Part shown: in pieces, positions 9,172 to 20,848 of the stretch
How positions within the stretch are numbered: position 1 is the first letter of the stretch
Layout of the letters: each line of letters begins with the position of its first letter
Assembly: GCA_963740315.1 (NCBI GenBank)
Contig: CAVUDP010000002.1
Location: 3,456,001-3,520,000, forward strand
Direction of reading: 5' to 3'
DNA: 64,000 nt
Source: an uncultured cyanobacterium
GTDB lineage: Bacteria; Cyanobacteriota; Cyanobacteriia; Cyanobacteriales; Nostocaceae
The notes under the pieces: model-generated
The model's database searches: none
Told to the model about the DNA's origin: nothing
The model's input: only the letters and a program-made list of their open reading frames with translations
Translations under genes and position numbers: made by a program

Positions 9172-10239
9172 TTACCTTGATAAAGTCAATATTTTTTTAG
9201 AATATTGAGCCAGTTTAATTGTATTTGCTCTCAAATTCTTCCGAACAATTTTACAATCAGTATTCGATCTTTTTTGCGCTCCTAGCAAGGATATTTTGTA
9301 ATCCAAGTCTCCCCTAAGAAAATCATAAAGTTTGAACTTGTTTTCGATGGCTTTTTTGATGCTATATGCCATCATTACTCTCCCCGGTGATAATTTAGAA
9401 TATTCGGGATTGAAACCAGTTACTTGCCCATAAATAACGCTTTTATCTCTCTCAACATATATGCCAGTAGCAGCCACTGGAATTTCTTTGTCCCACAATA
9501 TATCTATCCACAAAGAGTTATTTTTTGCACAGCGACGAAAAACATTACGATAGGTATTTAAAACTAACTCAGACTGTTGTCCCCATTTAATTTGCCAAAG
9601 GTTTAATAAAACTGTTATTTGGTTTTCAAGATTATCAACTTGAATGCTGCTGAATGTAAAGTCGCTATTTTTCTCTATTTTATTCAACGAATTGCGTAAA
9701 TTCTTGCGAGGTTTTCTGCTAATGAAATTTTGTAAGTATTCCTCCCATTCATTAGGTAAGGAAATGTAGGGACAAGTTGTACCTGGCTCAATTATTACTT
9801 CAAACTCACTCTCAGAAAAATGTTTTACAAAAATATCTAATCTAGGATCTTGTATATCTTTGAAGTGGAAAATGTCCCATTGTAATTCGCGATCGATATA
9901 TAAAGCGAAACTCTTAATCGCATCCTGTTCATACTCTGGCTCACAGATAAATCCGGTATAGTCTGCCACTGGATGAGCGCAAGTTTGCAATGCTCTATAG
10001 ACATTAAGATTAGCCCATTGAAAAGAACGCATTGCTAATGGAAAGAAAGCAATATAAGGTAAATCTGGCTTAGGTCTAATAGCTAATATATACCACTCAT
10101 TAGGAACAAATTCTAACCATCCTCGCAGCCAAGACCATGATAAGAAGATTTGAGTATGAGGGTCTGAAGCGTAGATATTATTCCAATCGGTTTCTAATTC
10201 ATCAAACTGTTGAATACTATCAATTATTTCTACTAGCAT
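9172..10239 (-). CDS. GNAT-family acetyltransferase (CelD/BcsL-like)
   Basis: FLSWSWL, ADYTG, SPGRVMM, YDFLRGDLDYK. Confidence 0.85.
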   Translation of the reverse strand: MLVEIIDSIQQFDELETDWNNIYASDPHTQIFLSWSWLRGWLEFVPNEWYILAIRPKPDLPYIAFFPLAMRSFQWANLNVYRALQTCAHPVADYTGFICEPEYEQDAIKSFALYIDRELQWDIFHFKDIQDPRLDIFVKHFSESEFEVIIEPGTTCPYISLPNEWEEYLQNFISRKPRKNLRNSLNKIEKNSDFTFSSIQVDNLENQITVLLNLWQIKWGQQSELVLNTYRNVFRRCAKNNSLWIDILWDKEIPVAATGIYVERDKSVIYGQVTGFNPEYSKLSPGRVMMAYSIKKAIENKFKLYDFLRGDLDYKISLLGAQKRSNTDCKIVRKNLRANTIKLAQYSKKILTLSR

Positions 10240-11118
10240 TTGATTTATCCAAGGTATTTAAAATTGAGGAAAGTAAAATATATAGCCTAAAGTATGGTTG
10301 TCATAAACTATATAAAAAGGATGCAAAGAATCGTCAACATTAAATATGCAACACTTATTTATAAAATAAATGATGAAATCTTTAACTATGATCGTTGCGT
10401 TTCTCAATACTATATTCTTTGAGTCCCGAAGTAACTTACTTTAGAAAAAATTTAAAATACTATCCGAATTTTATTCAAAGTTTCAATAATATAAGTTGTA
10501 AAAGTGATAGATATTTTTGTTACATTTACCTAAAACAACATTCTGCTTATTTATTACAACAAAAGAATATTAAACTAATATTTTACTCTCGATAAAGATA
10601 TTTCACGATATTAAGATAAATAGTATCTATGACGACAAATAAAAATTTCAAACTTGAATCGCTGTTGATTTTTATTTTGTATTTAAATAAAAATAAGCTG
10701 ATGTATATAATGTTTATTTTTTTTGTAAATTCAATATATAACCAGATTTTCTTAGTAAAAGCGATCGCTAATTAACTGATTTGCACAACTGCGGATTTTA
10801 CAAGCATGGCGGTTGTTGACAATCAAACTAGACATAATGAAGCTTAAACTCATTTATTTTTGAATCAAGCTAAATAAAAGCACTGTTATTCGAGTTTTAA
10901 TAAAATTAGGAGTTAGGCAACCGCAACGATAAATTAAGCGTTTCAGTCTTTGAGATCCCCCCAACCCCCCGCTAAGTTGGGGAGCTTTGCGTAAGTCCTG
11001 AAAATATCAACTTTCAAAATCTAGGGATTTGCATAACGTTACGGAAAACAAAACTCCTGTAACAATAGTAGTAAGACGGATAAATACAACTACTGCACCT
11101 CACACCCAACGATAAACT

Positions 11119-12600
11119 ATGCTTACTCAAGAAAAATCCCAAAAAGTTAATTGGAAACCCATAATTAAGGAATTTGAAGCGGTTTTAGGAAAAAAAGGCG
11201 TTATAGTGCGTCGTGAGGAACTGATTACTTATGAATGCGATGGTTTAGCTAGCTATCGTCAACGCCCGGATGTGGCTGTTTTACCCAAAACCACAGAACA
11301 AGTTGCTGAAGTAGTGAAGATATGTAATAAATATTCGGTTCCTTTTCTTGCCAGGGGTTCGGGTACTGGTTTATCTGGCGGTGCTTTGCCCACTGTCGGA
11401 TGCGTATTGATAGTAACTTCTTTGATGCGGCAAATACTCAACGTCGATTTAGATAATCAGCGGGTTGTGGTTCAGCCTGGAGTCATTAACAATTGGGTAA
11501 CGCAAACGGTTAGCGGTGCCGGTTTTTACTACGCTCCCGACCCTTCGAGTCAAATTATTTGTTCTATCGGTGGTAACGTGGCGGAAAATTCCGGTGGCGT
11601 GCATTGTTTGAAGTACGGTGTTACCACTAACCACGTTTTAGGATTAAAAGTTGTCACTGCTAACGGTGATATTGTCGATTTGGGCGGACAAATCCAAGAA
11701 ATGCCCGGTTACGATTTAACGGGAATATTTGTTGGTTCCGAAGGTACGCTGGGAATCGCCACAGAAATAACTTTGCGAATTCTCAAAAGTGCAGAATCGA
11801 TTTGCGTTTTGTTGGCAGATTTTACCAGCGTGGAAGCAGCAGGTGCAGCAGTTTCCGATATCATCAGTGCCGGAATTATTCCTGGTGGTATGGAAATGAT
11901 GGATAACATGAGCATCAATGCAGTGGAAGATGTAACTGCAACGAATTGTTATCCCCGTGATGCTGTGGCAATTTTGTTAGTTGAAATCGATGGTTTGGAT
12001 GTAGAAGTCAAAGCTAATAAAAAGCGGGTTATCGATATTTGTAAAAATAATGGTGCCCGTAATGTAACTTCTGCGAACGACCCCGAAACACGTTTAAAAT
12101 TATGGAAAGGCAGAAAAGCAGCGTTTGCGGCTGCGGGACATTTAAGCCCAGATTATTACGTGCAGGATGGGGTAATTCCTCGGACTCAGCTTCCTTATGT
12201 ATTGCAAGAAATTGAGAATTTAAGTGAAAAATACGGTTATAAAATTGCCAACGTGTTTCATGCTGGTGATGGTAATTTGCATCCGCTAATTTTGTTTGAT
12301 AATTCAATTAAGGGTGAATTAGAAAAAGTAGAAGAAGTAGGCGGAGAAATTCTCAAGCTATGCGTCAAAGTTGGCGGCAGCATTTCCGGCGAACACGGTA
12401 TTGGTGCGGATAAAAAATGCTATATGCCAGATATGTTTTCAGATGCCGATTTAGAAACAATGCAGTGGGTTAAGCAAGTTTTTAACAGTAAAGGATTAGC
12501 AAATCCCGAAAAGATTTTTCCCACCCCGCGCACCTGTGGCGAAGCTGCAAGGGCTATGAGTGAGAAGAATAACAAGTTTGAGAATGTAGAGAAATTTTAA
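11119..12600 (+). CDS. glcD: Glycolate dehydrogenase FAD-linked subunit
   Basis: YECDGL, ARGSGTGLSGGA, APDPSSQ, ENSGGVHCLKYG, HAGDGNLHP, SGEHGIG. Confidence 0.93.
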   Translation: MLTQEKSQKVNWKPIIKEFEAVLGKKGVIVRREELITYECDGLASYRQRPDVAVLPKTTEQVAEVVKICNKYSVPFLARGSGTGLSGGALPTVGCVLIVTSLMRQILNVDLDNQRVVVQPGVINNWVTQTVSGAGFYYAPDPSSQIICSIGGNVAENSGGVHCLKYGVTTNHVLGLKVVTANGDIVDLGGQIQEMPGYDLTGIFVGSEGTLGIATEITLRILKSAESICVLLADFTSVEAAGAAVSDIISAGIIPGGMEMMDNMSINAVEDVTATNCYPRDAVAILLVEIDGLDVEVKANKKRVIDICKNNGARNVTSANDPETRLKLWKGRKAAFAAAGHLSPDYYVQDGVIPRTQLPYVLQEIENLSEKYGYKIANVFHAGDGNLHPLILFDNSIKGELEKVEEVGGEILKLCVKVGGSISGEHGIGADKKCYMPDMFSDADLETMQWVKQVFNSKGLANPEKIFPTPRTCGEAARAMSEKNNKFENVEKF

Positions 12601-12795
12601 TTTGGGGAGTAGGGAGTAGGGAGATGGGGAAGAGTGGGTAGAGGGGGAGACAAGGGGACAAGGAGATGGGGAGATAGGGAGATGAGGAGAAAGTAATTTA
12701 TGACTTCTCACTTTTAACCTCAACTCCTAACTCCGGTGGTCCTCACTCCTAACTTTTAACTATTCCCTACTCCCTAATCCCTACTCCCTAATCAT

Positions 12796-13224
12796 TTAAC
12801 CAACTTCAACTAACTCAATATCAAAAGTTAATTGTTCTCCAGCTAAGGGATGATTAGCGTCTAAGGTAACTTTGGAATCCGAGACATCTGTAACGATAAC
12901 TGGAATTACTTGACCGTTATTTTGAGATATCTGTAATTGCTGACCGACTGCAACTGATAAGTCTGTAGGTATTTGCTCTTTCTCAACTGTGATTACTAGT
13001 TCTTCGCGTTGAGGACCATAAGCTTGCTCTGGGGGAATTTTTGTAGTTTTGGACTCTCCGGGAGCCATACCAACGATCGCTTCTTCAAATCCAGGAATCA
13101 CGTTTCCCGAACCAAGGGAGAACTCTAAAGGTTCGCGTTCGACTGAGGAATCAAAAACTGTACCGTCATCCAATTTGCCCGTATAGTGAACTTTTACATT
13201 GTCACCACTTTTTGCCTGTGTCAT
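12796..13224 (-). CDS. FKBP-type peptidyl-prolyl isomerase (SlyD/FkpB-like)
   Basis: [36 protein letters not shown]. Confidence 0.93.
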   Translation of the reverse strand: MTQAKSGDNVKVHYTGKLDDGTVFDSSVEREPLEFSLGSGNVIPGFEEAIVGMAPGESKTTKIPPEQAYGPQREELVITVEKEQIPTDLSVAVGQQLQISQNNGQVIPVIVTDVSDSKVTLDANHPLAGEQLTFDIELVEVG

Positions 13225-13581
13225 GTGTTTTCTCCTTTTACACTCTTAATACTTTACTGTGCAAATCGCCTTTATCTGCTCGATTCTATTTTTCCGGCGA
13301 AATAAAATAGCTTACTAATGGCTTCTTTCTAACTTAAACCTATTCAGCCAAAGCCTTTGAGTTAACTATTTCTATCTGATAATGCTAGATGTTTAACTAA
13401 TTCAATAATGATAGCTAATTTTGATTCAATACTTTGCATCAACAAAGAGTCGCATATTTCTATTACAAAATCTGATGAACGGAGTATTGAGTTAGGACCA
13501 CCGGAGTTAGGAGTTAAAATTAAAAGTGAGAAGTCATAAATTACTTTCTCCCCATCTCCCCATCTCCCCATCTCCCCATCT

Positions 13582-13706
13582 CCCCAAAGGTTACTGAGCA
13601 GTTCGACGTAGCTCACTGTAAGACTTGTCGAAGTACTCCCCCGAACCCCAAAGGTTACTGAGCAGTTCGACGTAGCTCACTGTAAGACTTGTCGAAGTAC
13701 TCCCCA
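13582..13706. repeat. Tandem duplication (period 64 nt) of a small dispersed repeat, embedded in CCCCATCT repeats
   Basis: AAAGGTTACTGAGCAGTTCGACGTAGCTCACTGTAAGACTTGTCGAAGTACTCCCC twice; a reverse-complement copy of the core lies at about 24136-24175. Confidence 0.85.
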
Positions 13707-13736
13707 TCCCCCCATCCCCCTCTCCTCATCCTCTAC

Positions 13737-15788
13737 TTATTGCGCGAAAATATGTAACCCTAAGTATTTTGAAAGTTCTTCGCAAACTTTAATTCCGCGA
13801 ACGCTGTTACCGCGAGAATCTAGGGGAGGGGAAAAGACTGCGATTCCCATTTGATTGGGAACTACACCGATAATTCCGCCACCGACTCCACTTTTGGCTG
13901 GAAATCCAACTTTATATACCCATTCTCCTGCAAAATCGTACATTCCACAGCTATACATAACGCTGAGAAGGTCTTTAACAAAGTTAGAATTAATTGCTCG
14001 TTCTTTGGTAACGGGATTTACGCCATTATTAGCCAAAGTCGCTCCCATTAATGCTAAATCTCGACAGTTAATAATTACGCTGCACTGCTGGAGGTATAAA
14101 CTCAAAGTTTGGCTGATATCCCCGGAAATCATGCCAAAATTACGCAGTAAATATGATATTGCCCAATTGCGATCGCCATTATTTTGTTCGGATACGAGTA
14201 TGGGTGTATCTACAAAAACTCTACGTCCGATATAGCGATGATACATTTCTAATATTCGCTTGAGTTTATGACCCGGACCCGCTCCTTCTATTAAACTGGT
14301 AGTTGCGATCGCTCCGGTATTAACCATGCTGTTATAAGGTCGTTTGGATTTGGATTCAACTTTAATGATGGAGTTGTAAGCGTCTCCGGTTGGTTCGACA
14401 TCAACTTTGGTTAAAACGTAATCTCTTCCTTTGTCTTCAAGTGCTAGTCCGTAAGCAAAGACTTTTGATATTGATTGAATTAAAAATGATTCTTCCCAAT
14501 CTCCTACGCAATAAACTTCACCGTCAACAGTAGCGATGCAGATAGCAAACCAATCGGGATTAATTTCTACTAAACCAGGTTCGCTAATATAAACTTTTCC
14601 ATCTCTGAGAGGAAGATACTTGCAATGTAACTCTCTCAAAAATGCAATCAAAGATTTAGAAGGTAGATTAAATTGAGTCTTTATGCTTGGTTGAGTAGTA
14701 TGCGTTGATGGCGTAGCTCCTTGAATTTTACGCTGTTGTATGCCGCCAGAAATCTCTTCGTTATCTGTAGTAAAAATATGCAGTTTAAATTTTTCTGATA
14801 ATGCTTCAAAAACTTTAACTCCTCTCCAACTTTTTTTGCGTTCATCAAGAGGAGGAGAAAACACAGCTATCCCCATTTGATTGGGAACAACTCCAATAAT
14901 TGCACCCGATAAACCACTCTTCGCCGGTAAACCAACTTTGTACGCCCACTGACCTGAAAATTCGTACAGACCGCAGGTATACATAATACTGAGTATATTC
15001 TTAACGTATTTTTTATCTATCGCTCGCTCTTTCGTCAAAGGATTTTCGCCAATATTAGCTAAAGTAGCTGCCATCATTGCTAAATCGTGACAGTTAATAG
15101 TTAACGAACATTGTTGAAAATACAGATTAAGAATGTCATCAATATTGCCTTCAATTTTTCCAAAATTCAACATCATATAGGCGATCGCCCTATTAAGATG
15201 GTCGTTGGCTTTCTTAGAATTAAATACTGAATAATCAATAGATACATCTCTACCGATATAGCGCCGAAACATCTCCAGTACACGATCGTAACGTTTTCGT
15301 GCATCCGAACCTTTGATTAAACTGGTAGTGACAATCGCACCCGCGTTTACCATCGGGTTGTAACGTCGTTGCGATATTTCCTCCGCTTCCATTATCGAGT
15401 TGAAAGGTTCCCCAGTCGGTTCAACACCAATACGTTCGATTATGCGATCGCTTCCCCAATCTTCCAAAGCCAATCCATACACAAAAGGCTTAGAAATCGA
15501 CTGAATGCTAAACTCAATTGTAGTATGACCGATATCAAAAACTGTTCCATCCACACCAACCGCACAGATTCCAAACCAATCCGGGTTAGCTTTAGCCAAC
15601 TCCGGTATATTCTGTGCAACCGTTCCTTCATTGAGGGGCTGATAAAAATTATATAAATCTTCAAGAAAACTCGTCAGCGCTGGAGTGATTCCTCCTTGTG
15701 GAGCATTTAACCGTTGAAAATCCTTGATATCGGTCATATCACATTTATAAAAGTTGCACAATACCCCAGTTTCAACTATTTTGACCAT
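13737..15788 (-). CDS. glsA: Glutaminase with two tandem glutaminase domains (start may be the ATG at 15737)
   Basis: IQSISK, EPTG, N(P/S)MVN.GAI, CG(L/M)Y.F.G.W...VG.PAKSG and FSPPLD each occur twice, joined by a low-complexity linker. Confidence 0.88.
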   Translation of the reverse strand: MVKIVETGVLCNFYKCDMTDIKDFQRLNAPQGGITPALTSFLEDLYNFYQPLNEGTVAQNIPELAKANPDWFGICAVGVDGTVFDIGHTTIEFSIQSISKPFVYGLALEDWGSDRIIERIGVEPTGEPFNSIMEAEEISQRRYNPMVNAGAIVTTSLIKGSDARKRYDRVLEMFRRYIGRDVSIDYSVFNSKKANDHLNRAIAYMMLNFGKIEGNIDDILNLYFQQCSLTINCHDLAMMAATLANIGENPLTKERAIDKKYVKNILSIMYTCGLYEFSGQWAYKVGLPAKSGLSGAIIGVVPNQMGIAVFSPPLDERKKSWRGVKVFEALSEKFKLHIFTTDNEEISGGIQQRKIQGATPSTHTTQPSIKTQFNLPSKSLIAFLRELHCKYLPLRDGKVYISEPGLVEINPDWFAICIATVDGEVYCVGDWEESFLIQSISKVFAYGLALEDKGRDYVLTKVDVEPTGDAYNSIIKVESKSKRPYNSMVNTGAIATTSLIEGAGPGHKLKRILEMYHRYIGRRVFVDTPILVSEQNNGDRNWAISYLLRNFGMISGDISQTLSLYLQQCSVIINCRDLALMGATLANNGVNPVTKERAINSNFVKDLLSVMYSCGMYDFAGEWVYKVGFPAKSGVGGGIIGVVPNQMGIAVFSPPLDSRGNSVRGIKVCEELSKYLGLHIFAQ

Positions 15789-16541
15789 TGTTCGCAGTAG
15801 TCAAGCTGACAAATAAACGAAAATATACTTATTAGGGAATTGGGCATTGGGCTAAAGAAAAGCGACGTTACAAGCAAAGAAGCGCTAATCTGATACACAG
15901 GCTGGCGCTTCTTCACTTATATTCAGAGTCTTTATATCAGCTGACTCGGTTTTAATTAAGAAATATCAACTTATATATATTTTTTCATCCGAAAAGGAAC
16001 TTTTGCTACTTTTTTATATTTTCTTTATATTTATAAGTTAAAATTTGCTTTGGATTTTTTTACCCAATTGACATTACCAACGAAGCCCTGCGATCTCACA
16101 GGGCTTTTATTTGAGCAATTATAATAGGTCGGTATCAATTATTATTCATGCGAATAATTTTTGTTAATCCATAATATATTCCAATGCTCAATAGGTTCTA
16201 AAAAAGCGTCAACCATTATAAATTAAAGATTAACGCTTCTATTTTGTTATTTTGAAGGCTTTATGTAAGCTGACCCCGTTTAAAACTTCAAGGTCGTTAA
16301 AGTAAGTGACCTCGTAAATATTTATTTATGTAACTCATTGTTTAGATTCTCATCAAATCGTAAAAATATTGTAACATTTAAGATTTTCTTTAGATTTAAG
16401 ATTTAAGATTTTCTTTAGATTGTTTAATCAACTTGTGTAATGGATGGCATTCCAGGATCTGACTGGACTTCTCTATCAAAAATCAAGTGTAGGTTAGGCA
16501 GAAGAAATAAGTGTTTAATTTAGATTTGGAATAATAAAGCC

Positions 16542-16781
16542 ATGTTGGGACTCAAAGAACGAGCAGTTACAATGCGTTATGTTTGGTCGGTAATTGAAGA
16601 AACTGAAGCCAAAACTCTTCTAAATTTAAATGATGCAGACCTGTTAAACCAGTTAGTCAAACAGTTAGAACACAAGAAGCTACTGACTAGCGAACAAATT
16701 AACGCCATAAGTACATATATTAGTTCAAGAGTACCATTAATTCGCGATTTAGCTCAGTCACGTATGGTATGTAATTTGTGA
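16542..16781 (+). CDS. Small cyanobacterial hypothetical protein
   Basis: 79-aa ORF with WSVIEET and SRVPLIRDLA, resembling small conserved cyanobacterial proteins. Confidence 0.65.
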   Translation: MLGLKERAVTMRYVWSVIEETEAKTLLNLNDADLLNQLVKQLEHKKLLTSEQINAISTYISSRVPLIRDLAQSRMVCNL

Positions 16782-16794
16782 TTTTAGTAGCGAA

Positions 16795-18443
16795 TTACCT
16801 TTTCAATGATGCTAAAACTGGCATAAGATATTGTGTCAAAGTGAAAGCGTCTACTCCTAATTCCGTGCGCTCTTGTGCTGCTAGTATACCTGCCCTACCG
16901 TGCCACCATGCAGCAGTTGCAACCATTTTTTCTAAATCTAACTTTCGCGAAACAGCTTGCGCCATTAATCCCCCAAGTAATCCGGTTAACACATCACCAC
17001 TACCTCCACGAGCTAAAGCTGGGGTACTTTGAGGATTAATCCAAACGCAACCTTGAGGATTTGCGATCGCAGTTCTTGAACCTTTTAGCAATACTATTGC
17101 ACCAGATTGTTCGGCGGCTTCTCGTACTGCCAAAATTCTATTTTGATTAACATTCTTAATATCAGGGAATAACCGCTTGAATTCGCCGGGATGGGGAGTA
17201 AGTATAGTTGATGCTGTTCGTTTTTGTAGTGTTTGCAGGGTTCCCATGCTGGCGAGAATATTTAAACCATCGGCATCTAGAAGTAAAGGGTTAGAAGTAT
17301 CTAATATTTCCTGTAAAATGGGGCTGGCATCTAACGTAATACCCGGACCGCAAGCTATAGCATCGAAGGTGTTTAGATCGGTATTATCTGGTAATTGTAA
17401 CTGAGCGATCGCGCCACTTTGAGTTTCCGGACAGGCGATAATTAACGCTTCAGGTAAATGTGACACCATTGTAGCTGCCAGAGATTCGGGTACGGCGATC
17501 GAAAGCATCCCTACACCAGAAGCACGCGCTCCCAAACCAGTTAAAATTGCACCACCCGAATAGCGACGAGAACCGCAAACAAGCAGTAAATGACCTTCTT
17601 TATATTTGTGAGTGACTTGAGGGCGAGGTAAAGGAAGATTTACAAGTGCAGTTGCTGTAGTGATGCGTTTGATTTTAGGAACTTCTCCTAATACAGCTTG
17701 CACATCTGCATATTGAATATCAAAATCTATTAAAGAGGGTTTACCGATATATTCTAAAGCTTGGTCTTGCAGTAAACCTAATTTCCACAAACCCAGACAA
17801 AAAGTGATTGTTGCGCGAACCCCAACTCCGAGAACAACTCCTGTATCTGTATGTAAACCCGAAGGTACATCGATACTAAAAATCGGTTTATGCCATTGAT
17901 TTAGTTGATTAATAGCACTTGAAACGGGTTCAGTAATATCTCTTTCCAAGCCAAAACCGAATAAACCATCAATAAAACAATCGCAATCTTGCAGCTTTTC
18001 AATCGATTCAAAGCAAGGTATATCCAAACTGCGGACATATTGTAAATGCTGCGAAGTTAATTCCTTCAGCTTAGAAATAGGACAATAAACGCTAACCTTA
18101 TATCCGCGAAAATATAGTTCGCGAGCCACAACTAAAGCATCACCACCATTATGACCCGGACCTGCCAGGATTCCCACGCTGGGAAGGGATGGAGGGATGG
18201 GGAGAGAGGGGGAAGAGGGGGAGAGGGGGAGAGGGGGAGAGGGGGAGAATAAATATTCTGCTTGTCTCCTTGTCCTCTTCTACCTTGTCCTAAAATCTCT
18301 TCAACTCGACAGGTAATAAGTCCCGCTACTTTTTCCATCAAAGCCGCTACAGGCATACCTGCTGCAAAGATACGCGCTTCGATATCGCGCATTTGGGCTG
18401 CGGTAACTGCGACTTGGGAAATTAATTCTTGATTATCAAACAT
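16795..18443 (-). pseudogene. nnr: Bifunctional NAD(P)H-hydrate epimerase/dehydratase (NnrE-NnrD), split by a frameshift inside an inserted low-complexity repeat
   Basis: N-terminus VTAAQMRDIEARIFAAGMPVAALMEK in ORF 18132-18443; GPGHNGGD, DGLFGFG, HKYKEG, DADGLN, TPHPGEF, GGSGDVL in ORF 16795-18177; different frames. Confidence 0.8.
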
Positions 18444-18473
18444 AGGATAAAAATTAGGAATTAAGAGTTAAGA

Positions 18474-18705
18474 GTTACCAGTTACCAGTTACCAGTTACC
18501 AGTTACCAGTTACCAGTTACCAGTTACCAATTAAAATTCTACCTTGTCCCCTTGTCCCCTTGTCCCCTTGTCTCCCCGTCTCCCCATCTCCCCATCTCCC
18601 CCTCTCCCCCTCTCCCCATCTCCCCCTCTCCCCCTCTCCCCATCTCCCCATCTCCCCCTCTCCCCCCTCTACCCTCTCTTCCCCCCTCTCCCCCCTCTAC
18701 CCTCT
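18474..18705. repeat. STRR-type short tandem repeats: (CAGTTAC)n then (CCCCATCT/CCCCCTCT)n
   Basis: About 8 heptamers followed by about 18 degenerate octamers; similar tracts at 12600-12790, 25750-25930, 26610-26790, 27200-27295. Confidence 0.9.
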
Positions 18706-18707
18706 CT

Positions 18708-19442
18708 TTATTTTCCGTAATAAACTCTAGCGTTATTTAATCCCAGGGAACGAATATAGTAGTTCCATTGTTCTGCTTGTAAGCGTCCTTCAAAAGGTCC
18801 AACTGCTACGTGAGGACCTCTAGGGGCGTTTCTCACGGCTACTCCTACGGTATTTCCTCCCGCACTTTGCTTAATTTGATTTTCAATTTGAAATAGTTTG
18901 TCAGCTTCGTCTGGAATGGCTACATAGTAATATTTAGTTCTCTCCCTTCTACTATTATTTCTGGAAGAATTCGAGCTACCCCCAGAATTATTGGAAATAT
19001 TATTGTCAGGATAAGTATTAGCGATTTCTCTTCCGGTAGTCTGGCTGTAGATACGGGAACCGATATTATAAGCAAGTAATTGTCTAATTCTTTCTTGAGC
19101 GTTGTCTAAACGTCTAAAAACTCCTGCTTGGATGACAGAGCGTCCAAGAAAGTCACCCGCAAAAGCTGTAGGTTCAACAAGCTGTACTTGCTGGAGTAAT
19201 TGAGAGTTAGTGTTATCTACAATCACTAAATAGCTTTCAGAATTTTGATTAAATTGAGAATCAAAATCGTATCCATTGTTCTGAGCGTACTGCACTTGCG
19301 CTACTGTTTGAGTTACAGGAGTTTTTGCTTGTGTTGGTGTGATTGAGACAAGCGTTAAACAGCTTCCTAGTAAAGAATAGGCGATTAAAGAAGGTCGAAT
19401 CAAATTATCAATTACATTAAACATGACGTAATACTCATTCAA
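18708..19442 (-). CDS. Exported hypothetical protein with SPOR-like segments
   Basis: Signal-like N-terminus; VIQAGVF..LDNA and PHVAVGPF...LQAE...ARVYY motifs. Confidence 0.7.
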   Translation of the reverse strand: MNEYYVMFNVIDNLIRPSLIAYSLLGSCLTLVSITPTQAKTPVTQTVAQVQYAQNNGYDFDSQFNQNSESYLVIVDNTNSQLLQQVQLVEPTAFAGDFLGRSVIQAGVFRRLDNAQERIRQLLAYNIGSRIYSQTTGREIANTYPDNNISNNSGGSSNSSRNNSRRERTKYYYVAIPDEADKLFQIENQIKQSAGGNTVGVAVRNAPRGPHVAVGPFEGRLQAEQWNYYIRSLGLNNARVYYGK

Positions 19443-19785
19443 TTTTAGATTTTAGATACTTCGGCAAGCTCAGCACAAGTTTTAGATTTTAGATTATTTC
19501 TATGAATGACTTCATGGATCGGGATTATAATATTTGAGATTTTAAATTATCTCTCTACAATTAAAAATGCGCGTCAGGTAAACTTTTGTAGATAGTAGAT
19601 AACCGATCGAGCAATTTTTTTTAATTACTATATATTTACTGCCCAGTTATATAACGGTTCCCTACTCCCTACTTAACCGAAATGTTTAATTAAATGTTGG
19701 GACAAGTACTCAATTGAGAGGATGAATTAATCAAGCAATTAAATAGTGTTAACTTAGAATTAACAGCATAAGCTATTTTACGGAT

Positions 19786-20838
19786 ATGGAAAAAGTCGTA
19801 GTAGGTCTTTCCGGTGGCGTTGACAGTTCTGCTGTAGCCGCCATATTAAACGATCGGGGCTATGAAGTTATTGGTCTTACCCTTTGGTTAATGAAGGGTA
19901 AAGGTCAATGTTGCTCTGAAGGTATGGTTGACGCGGCTCATATCTGCGAACAGATGGGCGTTCCCCATCATGTTGTTGATATCCGCGATGTTTTTCAAAG
20001 CAATATTGTTGATTATCTGGTAACTGGTTACAGTGCTGGTGTTACGCCCTTACCTTGTTCGCAGTGCAATAAAACTGTCAAGTTCGGTCCTATGCTGGAA
20101 TATGCACGGGAAAAGTTGGATTCTCAAAAAATAGCTACAGGACATTACGCTCGCATTAATTACAACGAAACCAGCGGGCGTTACGAACTTCTGCGAGCAT
20201 TCGATCGCAATAAAGACCAGACATATTTTTTATACGATCTGTCGCAAGATTTACTTAGCGGTTCGATGTTTCCACTGGGAGAAGTAGAAAAATCAGAAAC
20301 CCGTCGTATTGCTGCCCAATACAATTTACAAACAGCCGATAAGCCAGAAAGTCAAGATTTATGTTTGGTAGAAAGCAACGGTTCAATGCGTGCTTTTCTA
20401 GATAAATATTTGGCTCCTAAAAAAGGCGATATTGTAAATGCTGAAGGTAAAGTGTTGGGAGAACATAATGGCGTACATCACTACACCATCGGACAGCGTA
20501 AAGGATTGGGGATTGCCGCCGCACAACCTTTGTATGTAATTGGTTTAGATGCAGTCGCTAACCGGGTAATAGTTGGCGATCGCACTACGGCAACCAACCC
20601 AGAATGTAACGTAGCGCGAGTAAATTGGGTATCGATCGCCGAACCTGCAAGTCCCATTCGTGCTTCCGTACAAGTTCGCTATCGTTGTCAACCAGTACCA
20701 GTGACGGTAATTCCTTTGGAAAACTTCCGCGTTAAAGTAGTGTTTGACGAACCCCAATTCAGCATCACTCCAGGGCAAGCAGCCGTATGGTACGACGCTG
20801 AAAAAGTCCTCGGTGGTGGAATAATTGAACGGTTTTAG
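19786..20838 (+). CDS. mnmA: tRNA-specific 2-thiouridylase
   Basis: [51 protein letters not shown]. Confidence 0.97.
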   Translation: MEKVVVGLSGGVDSSAVAAILNDRGYEVIGLTLWLMKGKGQCCSEGMVDAAHICEQMGVPHHVVDIRDVFQSNIVDYLVTGYSAGVTPLPCSQCNKTVKFGPMLEYAREKLDSQKIATGHYARINYNETSGRYELLRAFDRNKDQTYFLYDLSQDLLSGSMFPLGEVEKSETRRIAAQYNLQTADKPESQDLCLVESNGSMRAFLDKYLAPKKGDIVNAEGKVLGEHNGVHHYTIGQRKGLGIAAAQPLYVIGLDAVANRVIVGDRTTATNPECNVARVNWVSIAEPASPIRASVQVRYRCQPVPVTVIPLENFRVKVVFDEPQFSITPGQAAVWYDAEKVLGGGIIERF

Positions 20839-20848
20839 AAGTTAGGAA

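Noticed and set aside
10240..11118. Hidden genes in the long AT-rich gap before glcD
   Set aside because: Only short low-complexity ORFs and one CCCCCCAACCCCC-type dispersed repeat near 10955.
15790..16540. NtcA site or riboswitch upstream of the glutaminase
   Set aside because: No clean GTA-N8-TAC or recognisable aptamer found by eye; only an AT-rich TAAGATTTTCTTTAGATT direct repeat near 16380-16421 of unknown meaning.
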